Assembly (NCBI GenBank): GCA_013239625.1
Contig: MU056000.1
Location: 14,347,787-14,411,786 of the forward strand
Reading direction: 5' to 3'
Length of the DNA stretch: 64,000 nucleotides
Source of the DNA: Lama guanicoe
Lineage: Eukaryota
Shown here: positions 40,201 to 52,125 of the stretch, one piece after another
Layout: every line of letters starts with the position of its first letter
Position numbering within the stretch: position 1 is the first letter of the stretch
Program-made: the position numbers and the translations under genes
The notes under the pieces: generated by a model
Told to the model about the DNA's origin: nothing
Database searches by the model: none
Seen by the model: only the letters and a program-made list of their open reading frames with translations

Positions 40201-42123
40201 TCTCTATCTCTTTATGTAGAGAGCACCATAGACCAGCTTTTGCCAACCCAGTGGACATCTCCAGACTTCCATCTTGCTTGACCTCTCAACAGCAAATGTG
40301 TTTTTGTAGAGAGAATGGTCAGCAATCACTCCAGTAGAGGGAGTTAATATTGAATGATGAGCATGAGGCGAACATTAAAGATAAATTTATAAAGCAGAAA
40401 AATATATTGAAAACTATGACTAAAATTTTCTCAGCCAAATATATTTCTGTAATAGGCAAATAGACAATGCCCTATGCGATAAATTCAAAATGCATATTTT
40501 ATATAGAAAAATGCTGATTTTTGAGAAAATTGCCCTTTAAATATGGAATTGTTATTAATATGTGTGCAATATAGACAATTATAAAAATGTGAGGCATGTA
40601 TTGGTTAATTCATTTGTCTTGTTTATTAAAGTCTTATTTTGTGCACAATACTTAGTATTGATGATGATAGAACTTATCCTTTATTGAAAACATCTAATAT
40701 TTTCAAACATATTAATTGACAGCCCAACAATGTAATAATTATTTTCTGCATGCCAAGGTCCAAAATGTTAATGAATTTATCAATGTTTACACAGATATTG
40801 AGTGGTGGAGGCAGGATTTAAACCCTGGCTGAATTGCAGTGTCTTGGCTACTTTTCAAAAACCATGTTCTTACAGAAACATTCTAATTGGAAGAAAATAT
40901 CAATAATCCTCTGCAGTGTAGAACGTATATTTTTCTTACTTGAAAAGGAGCTAATTTCCAAACTCTCTTTCTAACATATCTAGTGTTTCTTAAATGGTTA
41001 CTAAATAGTTTTTTCATCTTCTGGTACCAGTTCTGCATTCTGGCAGATAAAATAAACTAGTTAGATTTGAGGAAATTAGCCTGGGAGCAGAATCATTCTT
41101 AAAAGAGTGTAGAGTTACCACAGAAGAATTTTTTTGTTTAGATATGACTCTTCAATAACACTAAATGTAATTATCACAAAAATAAGTAAGCCTATATCAT
41201 TTAACTTTTATCCATATAAACTTGTCTTCTTCTAAATTGAACTAAAAGATAAGAACCTTGTCCTTCATGTACTGTCTCATTTTGTTGTTGTCTTTATGAA
41301 CACAACACAAGCTTTATTTGTTCTAGTCTTGCCATTGTAGCTGCCTTTCTTCCTCCTGATTTCTTCCCTAGTGAGTGGATAAAGTAAAATGGAATACAAT
41401 AATGCATTTGTTTACAATTTAACTGACTGTACACTCTTTGAACCAAAAGTAATTTGACAAATAGAAGTTTTTGACATGTAATTTAAATCCATACTAGATA
41501 AGAGGATTGACTAGGGAGAAATTGTCTTAGGAAAAATCAAGGTCAGTGAAAATGGGAAGCACATTAGAAATATTTGAAAGAGTCCCCATTATTTGTTTGG
41601 TGTAAATGTGACTTTGTAAATGAATTTCCTAATTTTAGAATGCATGCTTTTGCTTTGCTGTATATGTGTGTATATTTAATGTAATTACAGACATTTAACT
41701 AAGTACGTACTACATGCTTGAGAATGTACTCCACTCTGATGATAGAGAATTGACTAAAGGATAGTCTCTGACATGGGTGAATTTACTAAAATTCAAATAG
41801 ACTTTATTAATAATAATGACTTAGCAAACAACTTCTTGAATGTTTACTAAGAGCTTGAATGTTTTAAGGGTAAGTGAAAAAATATTCAGTTGAATATTTC
41901 AGTTTGCAGTAAATATTTATTTCAGGAAAGAAGATACACTCCTTAAAAATAAGCTCTCTTGATTTTAATTGCTCAACTAGCTCTTATAAAACATCTATCT
42001 GTTAGTATGCTTGATTTTAGTTACTCATTCTCATTCTCCTTGCCTATGATTTTACTCATCTCTCTGAAATCTCTAGAATATGTTTCCTGCCTACTTTTGA
42101 ATGGATTAGTTTGCGTGTGCACA

Positions 42124-42146
42124 CGTGTGTGTGTGTGTGTGTGTGT
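42124..42146. repeat. (GT)n microsatellite
   Basis: Dinucleotide run. Confidence 0.9.
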
Positions 42147-42663
42147 GCATGAAAGAATGAGAGAGAGCAACTGATTACTGATTTGCATCTTTGACAATTC
42201 AGAAAGAGGGAGAAAGCTTATAAGGAATACTTGAATAAAGGCATGATTAAGAGCAAGATAAGCCCAAGTAAGAATTCCTTTGGGGAAGATGAATATCATT
42301 TAAGATACCTACTATTTTCAGACAAAACTTTAATTAAATGGCACAATCATTTCTAAAAAATAACATCTCGTATATTGTAAATGGACTTAAAATCAAACTT
42401 AAAATCCCAAATTCTTGACATTTGTTCAAATTAGGGCAAGGAGAAAAACAATTAAAAAAATGCCCCAAACATGTAACATACTTAATATTATGTGGTCAAA
42501 ATCCTTCCTAGAATTATAGTATAGTAGTTTTATGTAATATTGCTATCATTTATTGATATTCCTGAATTACAATCCAAATTTTATAAAATATTATAGTTTA
42601 TCTCATAGGTTATGACAAAATGACAGTATCATGCACCGTTAAAGTCTATTTCAAGAATCAGAA

Positions 42664-43073
42664 CTGTGGTGATTATTCTGTAATGTATAGAATTATTGAA
42701 TCACTGTGTTGGTGCATCACAAATTAACATAGTATTGTAGACCAATTATTCTTCAAAAAACAAACAAACAAACAAACTCATAGAAAAAAAGTTCAGATTT
42801 GTTGCTACAGAGGTGGGGGATGGGATGAAGGAAAAGGTGTTAATATAATTAACACTGTAGTATGTTATATATGAAAGAGAGTAGATTGGAAGAGTTCTCA
42901 TCACAAGGAATTTTTTCTTTTTCTTTATTTTGGATCTATATGAAATGATGAATGTTCATTACACTTACTGTGGCAATCATTTCATAATTTCTGTAAATCA
43001 GATAACATTCTTGTATACCTTAAACTTATATTGTGCTGTGTATCAATTATCTCAATAAAACTGAAAGAAATAA
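42664..43073 (+). mobile_element. Older L1 3'UTR fragment with TSD
   Basis: aaactcatagaa...gagttctcatcacaag...taccttaaacttat...ctcaataaaactg. TSD aagaatcagaa (42653-42663) / aagaattagaa (43074-43084). Confidence 0.85.
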
Positions 43074-43412
43074 AAGAATTAGAATCAATATATTATCTTA
43101 AAACTTAAAGAATATTTTAGAAAATTGCAAAATTATGTGGATTTTTACATCCAAAGTTTGAAATAGTTTGTCATCTAATATTTAAATCATTTAAAATGAT
43201 TTTAATCTTTCTTAATCTAAAAAGTATTCTCTAATTGCCTTTAAAATATCATATAATAATAATGTTAAAAGAACAATGAAATGGAACCACAGTTTCTTTA
43301 ACTATTCTTGAAGAATGATTTTTTTGTGTGTTTGTTGTAATTAGGGACTACACATATAAACACAAAAGTCTCTTTTTAACAATCTCCATTGATGATTCAT
43401 ATTATTTGATTA

Positions 43413-43746
43413 TGTAGGGGAGCAAAATCTGTCATCCCCAAATGTGTCTCTTGGGCATGAGGATTAATTTAGACTGATGATTTTAAGAAACAGAAGACTC
43501 AAGTAATCTTTCTTCTTATCCCCCACCTTAGTTGTCTAAATAATTTTGATAAAAGGCTTCTTCCCAGAGTAGAGTTGTCACCAGAGATATCTGCAAAGAA
43601 TATGGGCCAGGTGTGGTGGGGAAAACTCTGCTGAGCCTAGAGATCAAAGTCCTCTCTGTCCCATTGTCTCTGCAAGGCCCAACAAACATCTGTTTATGAA
43701 ACATTTGAAGTATCTTCCTCCCTTTTGAAGTCTTAAACCATGACCC
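43413..43746 (+). mobile_element. MER34-like ERV1 solo LTR, 5' part (host of the nested provirus)
   Basis: Starts TGTAGGGGAGCAAAATCTGTCATCCCCAAATGTGTCTC...GGCATGAGGATT and continues at 51033. Outer TSD atta/atga. Confidence 0.8.
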
Positions 43747-44221
43747 TGTAGACTATGAGTAACAAAATGGAGTCACTTATATCAAAAGGATCTAAAATGA
43801 AGCCAGGAGGCCATCAGAAAAGTGGGCCTTAAAATGTCTATACCTGAAAGCAATATAAAATTTTGACCCAGGCATTCACAGGCCACCTAGAACTCATTTT
43901 CTTTACTTGCTAGAAACCATAGTTTAGCAACAAATCTGCTGCCAGTGAGTAACTGAATGCTTGCAGGAATCAATAGTAGTTCTGTAAAACAACTTATGTA
44001 ACTTCTCTGGGATTTTTGTTGTCTTTATAAACCCCTGTCATTTTCTACTTTCCTCAGAGCACATCTGAGTTGTTATTTAATTCAATACTTTCCAAACTGA
44101 AATGCCTAAGTACCCAAATAAACACATTTTTACTTTTTGCAGTCTTCTGGGTTTTGTTTTTGTTTGTTTGTTTGGTTGTTTGGTTTTGGTTTTCGTTTTG
44201 GTGTTTTTTTTTTTAGTAACA
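43747..44221 (+). repeat. 5' LTR of provirus
   Basis: TGTAGACTATGAGTAACAAAATGGAGTC...AATAAA...GTAACA, homologous to 50552-51028. Confidence 0.9.
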
Positions 44222-44232
44222 TTGCTATTATA

Positions 44233-44250
44233 CGGTGTCAGAAGAGGGAT
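44233..44250 (+). promoter_or_regulatory. Primer-binding site complementary to the tRNA-Leu 3' end
   Basis: CGGTGTCAGAAGAGGGAT matches TGGTGTCAGAAGTGGGAT at 16/18 and lies just downstream of the 5' LTR. Confidence 0.85.
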
Positions 44251-44485
44251 ACCGAGTAAGCTGTTCCTTCCTCTGGCACCCCACGGATTTGAGTAAGGTA
44301 CCTACAAGAGTCCACTGTATGCGCTTCTCTCCTCTGTGGTCCTGGATGTTGGTGGTGAGTTGTTTTACACCCAATCCTCAGATCTTGGTAGAAGTTTTAG
44401 TTTATTTTGGTGTCCTGTGCAGCTGGCTTCTGTACTTGGGACTTTGTTTCTCAATTTCTTCTGGGGAGCAATTATTCTTTAAATA

Positions 44486-45911
44486 ATGGGAAGTTCACTA
44501 TTGAAGGGTAAGGTTGCAGAGGAGTCTCCTTGGAACCCCAGTTGGCTTTATGAATAAGAACTATGGGCCCTCCTTGTGTAAGTATTTGTCTCCTTAGACG
44601 ATGATAATCCACTATGATTTAGAATTAAATTGCCTAACTTGGGGCTCCTTTGAAATTCCTAAATTAGTTTTATGTGCACAGTCATTTAGAAAAAAGAATG
44701 TAATACAAAGCAGCCCAAATGGTAAGCTTATTTCAGTTGGCATTTGGTGCCCTCAAAACGAGTTAGCAATTCCAAAATTGCTTCCCTCCAGGATATTAAC
44801 TCCAAATTATCTAAGCCTAATTCTGAATTGTCTCAGAGACTGACTAAACTTGAAAATTACTAAATATTCTCCTAATGTTCATTTGTCTCTACCTTTTATT
44901 CCTGCTGTTGCCACACCTGCCCTGCTCCTCTTAGCCCTTCTGTTGCCTGCCTGTTTTCCTACCCACCTCTACCTTTCTCTAGCCAAATTTCCTTTTTATA
45001 ACTCCTACACAGATGATTCCAAAGCCCCTCTAGACTCTCCTGCCTTCTTAGTTCCTTTTAAAAGTCTAGCTAGCCAAAACCACTAATCAGAGCCACCATT
45101 TTTCTTACATCCCTGAAATAAGATAAACTCAGTGCAATTACTAACCACTTTCCACCTCACAAGGAAGATCCCATTGATTTTCCACAAGAATTTCTTCTTG
45201 CAGTTCAGACTTATGAGCCAGGATTTTCTGATCTTTACCAGCTTATCCACAGGTTAGTCAGCAAAGGTTTTGCTACAAATGGATGATATTAGCAGATTGG
45301 AATGTACCAATAAAATATTTTGCCTTTAAGGGGCACACTGCCATGTGTGAAGTTTCTAAATAAGTAAAATTCCTGAGACTTTTCCTCCCATTATTGTCTG
45401 GAAAAAAATCCAAAATACATTTAAAAAATTGATGAATTTATCTTTGATTATTACGGTAAATTTGAGGAAGTCATTAAGCAATATTTTGGCATAGATAAAA
45501 TTAATGCTGAATCTCAACACTTTTAAATTTCATTCTTGTTTAAAGTTTATGACAAGAACTTAGACAACTTGTTAGGAAATGACAACTTAATTGGGCCACC
45601 AGTCAACCTCATGATTTTTGTGAACTATGCTAAATAGCTCTCCTGAGTTATTCAGAAATATACAAAAAAGAAAGCTGAACAAGCTTTAAATGATCAGATT
45701 CAAGACCAAATAATGCACTACAACAACTTTCTGCTAAATCAAACCTACGCAGTACCCAAGATAAATGACAAACCAAAAGGGCTTGCAATTATAGTAAAAA
45801 GCTCAGCCACTGGAAAAAGGACTGTTTAAAATTAAACCACCACTGGAATATCAACAGCCTTAAAATAACTGCCATTCTCACAAGTTCCAACCTGGTTGAT
45901 CTTAACAATAG
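44486..45911 (+). pseudogene. gag: ERV gag (many stops and frameshifts)
   Basis: ATG-GGA start (MGSS, Gly2), TPVGFMNKNYG, TWGSFEIPKL, a Pro-rich linker, and a degenerate zinc knuckle CNYSKKLSHWKKDC at 45784-45825. Candidate TAG terminator at 45909-45911. Confidence 0.85.
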
Positions 45912-46300
45912 CCCTGCTCTGAGGATAAAAAGAGAATTTTTCCCATAGTCCTAAGTAATTATTTTGTAGAAATTGACTTAAGTGTTGGTAATAAAGTTAC
46001 TAAGGCCCTGTTAGTTACAGGAGCACTTTGTCAATTCTTAACCCCACCACTCTGTTCCGTTCCCCAAAGTGCCAGAACCATAAAAATGGTGGGAGTATTT
46101 AACCAATCTATGAATGTTTTTAAGTCTTTTCCAGTTTCTTTTAAATAAGGACTTATCTATGAGATTCATCCATTCCTTCTAGTTTCTTCTGCTCCAATCC
46201 ACCTATTGGAGAATGATTTCCTAGAGGCTCATAAAACCCATGTTTTCTTATCCCAAAAGGGGGAAATATTTTACACCTTGGAGGATGCCCTGATCCTCAC
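45912..46300 (+). pseudogene. pro: ERV protease (inactive)
   Basis: KALLVTGA (DTGA with D>V) near 46001-46026 and PIHLLENDFLE (LLGRDFL motif) near 46194-46226. Confidence 0.8.
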
Positions 46301-46369
46301 AATTCTCCAGGAGACTCGTCTATTGCCATTCCGGTTGTCTCAATCTCTGTGGCTGATTCTAACTTTAAC

Positions 46370-48890
46370 ATACAATCCCTGATTAACTTTGGCCTAAGAA
46401 TGCTACTGATATCAGTTGCGATTCACTCTCTACCACTCATAAAAATTTAGGTGGATAAAAGAAGGACTCTGCCAACTATCCCCTAATACCTACTGAATGC
46501 AGAGGCTGTTTAAGGACTTAAATTCATATTTGAAGAATATATTAAAAAGACAACTCAGAGGCTTTTTAGGACAGGCAGGGTATTGTGGAAAGTGGATCCC
46601 ACATTTTTCTATCCTAGCCCTGCTCTTATACTCTCTTCTTAAGGATGATCAGACTAAATCTCTTATTTGGACAGAAACTTAAGAAGCATTTACCCTTATT
46701 AAAGATAGCCTTCATGACCCACCTGCCTTAGGTCATCCTAATTATAAACTTCACATTTTCTTTTCCTTTTTGCCCATAAAAAAGAAGGAAATGCCCTCAG
46801 CAGACTTAGTCAGTGCCATGGGGACCATCATGGACCTATAGGATATTAAGGCCAACAAATAGACTCAGTAGCCAAAGGTCATCCTCCTTGCATGAGAATC
46901 ACTGCAGCCGCTGCCAATCAATGACAGCAAGTAGAATAAATTGTGATGGGGTCTTTGCTGACCCTTTGTGTGCCTCATTCCACGGAATCCTTGCTTCATT
47001 CTCATCATGTTCAGTAACTTTCTGCCAGCAGACTAATCTCTGAAATTCTCTTCCTGTCTTCTTCTAACATTACTATCTGCTGCTGCCACACTCTGATTCT
47101 GGCTATCCTCCTCCCTTCGCTAAAGTCCTTCATGACTGTTTGGTATTGACTGGCTAACTCCTCATCTCTCCAATTGATTTGCAAGACATGGCTCTTGAAA
47201 ACACTAAGCTGATCTGGTTCACTGATGGATCCTATTTGAAAGATGAGTCCAGCTACTACTGAGCTGGCAATGCTACAGATCTTTAACAAGTCATTGAAGC
47301 TAACACCATGCCAGAAGCTATGTCTGCTCAACGGACAAAACTCTTTGCATTCACTACAGCCTGCCTCTTAGTCAAAGATAAAACCTCTAATATATACACG
47401 TATATTGTACTGACTGAGTAGGTACACGTTTGGTGTTATACATGATTTTGTCATTCTTTGGAAACAAAGTTTTTTTTTTTAAACCTCCTCCAGTCAGAAA
47501 ATCAAAAGCAGTTCTTATGTGCTATGACTCTTAGATGCCATTCAACTGCCTAAATCTTCAGCAGTAATTAAAACTTACGGATACTCAACAGCAGACTCAT
47601 ATGGAGAAGAAAGCAAAGGAAACCATTTGACACTGCTTCTAAGGCAGCAGTTTTCGGAAAGTCTAAAATTATACTAGAAGGGCCTTAACTACCCATGAAT
47701 TCAAAATCTAAATTACTAAAATATTAGAAGCACAACTCTTATTTTGGAGAATTTTTTTTAAAAGGGGGTAAAAAATGAATGGATGGCTTTAAAGAAACAT
47801 TTGATTTGGATCAAATGGTAGACCTGTCCTCCCTGACTGTTTACAAAAATTTATCCTAGAGTATATATATAATGTGACTCACTGGAATACTGATTAAATG
47901 ATTCAGTGTAAAACAACATTATTGGAAACCATCTCCTAAAATGGCTCACAAAGTATATCAAAGTCGTCATTTTGTCCTAAACAGAACACAAGAAAGCCTA
48001 TCCATACTTCCATGGATCATTTTTCTTTACCCTTAGGATCTTTTGAAGTATGGCAAACAAATCTTATCCAATCACCATCATCTCAGGGTTATAAATATGT
48101 ATTGGTAATGATCTGTATGTTCTTTCACTGGGTGAAAGCTTTTCCTTCTCACAGAGCCATGACCACAGCAGCAAGTAATGTCTCATTGGAGAAAGTTATT
48201 GTCACTTAAAAAATACCCTCTGAACTCCTACCACAGTGACAGAGTTTCCCATTTTACTGGATAAGTGATCCAATATGCTTGTAAAATGTGGCCTATTTTA
48301 TAACACTTCCATGGACCTACCATTCTTAGTTGTCAAGATTGGTGGAATACACTAATGGAATTACAAAAATTCAGTTTACTAAATGTGTTGAGTCATTTAA
48401 ATTGTCTTGACCTAAAAGCATTGCTCTTAGTTTACTTAACCTGAGATCTACCACCTCTGGAAAAAGCAAGTTATCACCATTCAAATCATTACTGGTAGAT
48501 CCATGAGACTAGACAAAAACATGTATGAACCTGTTCTGTTAAAAGGAAACATCTTAACCTACTGTGAGATACTATCAGGACCTAAAAGTTAACTCACAGT
48601 CTTAGAGCAATCTTTCCACAGTGGGTTCGTGGAAAACAGAGACATACAGCATCTTGATCTCCAACCTAGAGACTATGTCTATTGGAAACAACACTTGCAC
48701 AAAGATGCCTTTCAGCCTTGTCAGAAGGGACCTTATCAGGTATCATTAACTAACCCTTGCACCATTAATATTAAGCTAATTGAGTCATGGATTTGAGTTC
48801 CTCATTTAAAGAAGGTACCATCTCCTATCTGAACTCCATAACTGTCTAGAGACCTGAAACTAAAATTAACCAGACAAAAGCCAGGATAAT
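46370..48890 (+). pseudogene. pol: ERV pol (RT with catalytic core deleted, RNase H, integrase)
   Basis: RQLRGFLGQAGYC, PPALGHPNY, LIWFTDGSYLKD (RNase H), FEVWQ...QGYKYVLVMICMF.HWVKAFP and SDR..HFTG (integrase), KGPYQV. Confidence 0.9.
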
Positions 48891-48922
48891 GAAGCAAACC
48901 AAATCTGTTGTGGATAGCTTTT

Positions 48923-50300
48923 CTAAGATTTGAGACCAGGCTTATGTAATACTCCTTTTATTTGCCTTTTTCTACATATAAATGCTTTTGACTTAAATGT
49001 TTTTTTTCTTCCATGGGCACAATCATATGCTAATTTTAAAAATAAATCCAGTTTTTTGGATTTGTGGACAACTGTCCTTGTCCACAACTTCTGCGTTACT
49101 TTGGAGAATATCTCCATTACAAGAATTCAACTGGTTAGCTTTGGGACATTTAGTTTTAGAGGGAAGATATACTAACAGAACTCTAGAAACCACAGATTTT
49201 ACTAATTGAAAACAACATGAATGGTTCATCAACCAAACCTTAAATGACTCTTTATGTTGGTATTTGTTTTCTCTTAATGTTACCAAGACCCAATCTCAGA
49301 AAAGAACTAGACTAAAATTTAAAAAAAAGAAAAGTCACCTCTCATCCTTTAGTGGGTAACATTGCCCAATTATGGAATGGATTTATATGGTTAACACCAA
49401 CTTATGTGTTAGTACCAAAGCCCCTTATATGTTAGGAACAGATTGACCATGCAAGGATGAATTAATCTAATAATATCCAGTATTTTGGATGGATGTCATG
49501 TGGTTCTGTACTGTAAGTATCACTTTAAAAACTAGTGATTGATTTGGTATTGATTAAGATAGTCAACCTAGTATTTATTTTGTAGCCCCAAATGGAATCT
49601 AATAGCTGTGTGGAACTAACCTCTTGTCTTGGATACCTTCCAGGGTGGATAGGGCATTGTAACTTAAGAGCTTCTTGAACTTAAGGACATATTTGCACAA
49701 CTCTCAACATTGCTCCTGCAAATTACCCCTTATTAGGAGCAAGACAGGTCAGGTTAGTCTTCCATGATCATTTTTGTTCTCTCACTGGGACATAAAGATG
49801 TTATTCACAAAGAAACTTTAACCAACTTTACACAATAAGCTCTAAATGATTATCAACTGTCTACAAATCTTTTAAATTCTAAAATATTTTTAAAGAGAAT
49901 GGCAATCTTACAAATCGCATGGCTCTTGACACTGTTACAGCCTCTAAAGGGAGTACCTGAGCTATAATACAAACGGATTGTTTTTTTTTTTTAAACAGGA
50001 TGAATCATCTAACGTCACCCATTTATTAAGTCATATAAAAAAGAAAATAAATGTTATGAATGACACAATACCCAGTCTTGGAGAAATACTAAAAGGTTGC
50101 TTTTTTTCAGGTGAAAGTGGTTAAAATCTTTGCTTATGACATTGGTATTGATTCTTGTGGTATTAATGACTTTCTGTGTATTCTCTAATTTGATATGCTC
50201 TTTATTTCTTGCTACTCAGGAATATTAAGTTTATGGTTGCTCAGAGACTTGTATTACTCAACCAGATGCAGCCTACAATTCATATCACAAATAAAAGATA
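48923..50300 (+). pseudogene. env: ERV env, gamma-type, EnvR(b)/PABL-like (disrupted)
   Basis: NVF..WAQSYA, WICGQL..WRISPLQ, QLWNGFIWLTP, APNG...LCGTNL, NFTQ*ALND, ISD LQ(N)RMALD with degraded CX6CC at 49899-49985, and a hydrophobic TM near 50130-50210. Confidence 0.88.
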
Positions 50301-50539
50301 GACTGAATTTGTCATTATTTTAGGTAGGAAAGATGCTTAAGTCCTGCTTTCTGAAAACCTATTTGATGCTCAAATATGACAATTCCCTTATGACCATGAC
50401 TCTTATTCTCTTTTCCTCCTCTATGGGACATGACATACCAGGAATAAGTCTTCCTGGTGCCAGGAACTTTTTAAAAAGAATATTGACTTATGATTGCTAA
50501 TATCATAAGATAATTGATCACCAAGGAAAGATATTAATC

Positions 50540-50551
50540 AAAAGGGGAAAA
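50540..50551 (+). promoter_or_regulatory. Polypurine tract
   Basis: AAAAGGGGAAAA immediately before the TG of the 3' LTR. Confidence 0.85.
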
Positions 50552-51028
50552 TGTAAACTATGAACAACAAAATAGAGTCTCTTATGTCTAAAAGATCTAA
50601 AATAAAGCCAGGAGGCCACAAGGGAAATAGAACTTACACATGTCTACACCTGGATGCTATATAAACTTTTGACCCAGGCATCCACAGGCCATCTGGAACT
50701 CATTTTCTCCGCTCCCTAGAAACTGCAGTCTAGCAACTAGTCCACCGCTGACAAGCAACTGAATGCCTGCTGGAGCTGATTGTAGTTTTGTAAAACAATT
50801 TATGTGACTTCCTGGAATGTCTTTGTCTATTGTTTTTATAAAACTCCTCCATTTTCTACTTTCCCCAGAACACATTAGAGTTGTTACTGAAATCAGTGCC
50901 TCCCAAATTGTAATTTGTAAGACCCTCAATGAACTCTTTTTCTTATTTGTAGCCTTCTGTACTTTTGTGGGTTTTTGTTTTGTTTTGTTTTATTTGTTTG
51001 TTTCTTTGTTTCTTTGTTTTGTTTGACA
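50552..51028 (+). repeat. 3' LTR of provirus
   Basis: TGTAAACTATGAACAACAAAATAGAGTC...GTTTGACA, homologous to the 5' LTR including the (GTTT)n tail. Confidence 0.9.
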
Positions 51029-51032
51029 AGCT

Positions 51033-51245
51033 CCAACATCCTTTTTGTCTTCAGCTAATGATAATATTTAAGGTGAGGGCTCTGGCCTTTTTGGCGAGTT
51101 ACTCAGTTATCCTGGGACTCTATTATGTGTGCATGTTATTAAACTTTTGTTTGATTTTTCTCTTGTTATTATCTCACGTCAATTTAATTTTTAGAGCAGC
51201 CAGAAGAACCTAGAACAGTCAAGGAAAATGTCTTCCTTCCTGACA
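51033..51245 (+). mobile_element. MER34-like solo LTR, 3' part
   Basis: ccaacatcctttttgtcttcagct...gtcaatttaattttt...agaacctagaacagtcaaggaaaatgtcttccttcctgACA, followed by atga. Confidence 0.8.
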
Positions 51246-51699
51246 ATGATTAGAAAATTGTTATAATGAATACATTTCAAGGACACACATTTCCAGTTAA
51301 AAATATCTGAACAGTGTTTAACGAGGGAAGACATGATGCTTTTCTCTGTTGAGTGCATACACAAAAGACATGCTGCGTCCTCACACGAAAAGGAGAATGA
51401 TGTCACAACATATTTTCTCACATTTTAAATTCACAAGGAACTTCTTTTGGTTTTGCTTTTATGGACTGGGGTTTTGAATGCTTGGTATGACTGATGTGGG
51501 GAGAGGGTAGAAGCTGAGACCTTTAGAGCTAATTTTACCTAAATATGCAAGAAAAAAATTGAGAATTCTCTGTTGCATCTATGATTAAAAACAAATAAAT
51601 GAGTAAATGATTAATAAATAAATAATAAATACACAATGAGTAAATAAATAAAGAGAATTATCTTGACATTACCAAGAACCATATCAGGTAAATAGACAA

Positions 51700-52125
51700 T
51701 GGTGTTAATCTGGGCACAGTAGGCCACAGATGAGATAATCAATGTTGGTATCATTTAGGCAGAGTGTATTTACAAAGGCATTTTTACAAAGAGTCATGTG
51801 GCCATGCAATAAAGGAGTTGCCAGAACTCTTAGACCCAAGGGTACAGTTGAGAAAGCCATATAACAAAGTCACTTTTGAGTGGAGTTGGATACATCAGTT
51901 AAGGGATGCATCTACAAGAGACAACATCATGGGGCCCTGGGTAGAAATACTTCGACCTCACTCTACTCTCTCCCTGGTACCTCCTGCCAGGGCATCAACT
52001 CACTTAACACAAACAAAAGCAGAGGAAGAGTGTAACCCATAAAGGTCAACTTTATAAGCCAGGAAGCTGAGTTTAAAAATATGGAGTGTGGATCTGGAGG
52101 GGCCAACAGCAAATACTTAGCCCAG
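51700..52125 (-). mobile_element. Old MaLR LTR remnant
   Basis: Ends ...atggagtgtggatctggaggggccaacagcaaatacttagcccag, resembling a reverse MLT1 5' end. Confidence 0.5.

Larger units (their letters stand above)
43747..51028 (+). mobile_element. Decayed class I (ERV1, MER4/HEPSI-like) endogenous provirus, 7282 bp
   Basis: Paired LTRs, PBS, gag/pro/pol/env motifs in the canonical order, and PPT. Confidence 0.95.

Noticed and set aside
48923..50300. env as a domesticated syncytin-like gene
   Set aside because: Multiple stops and frameshifts, including in the ISD and CX6CC region. No long ORF remains.
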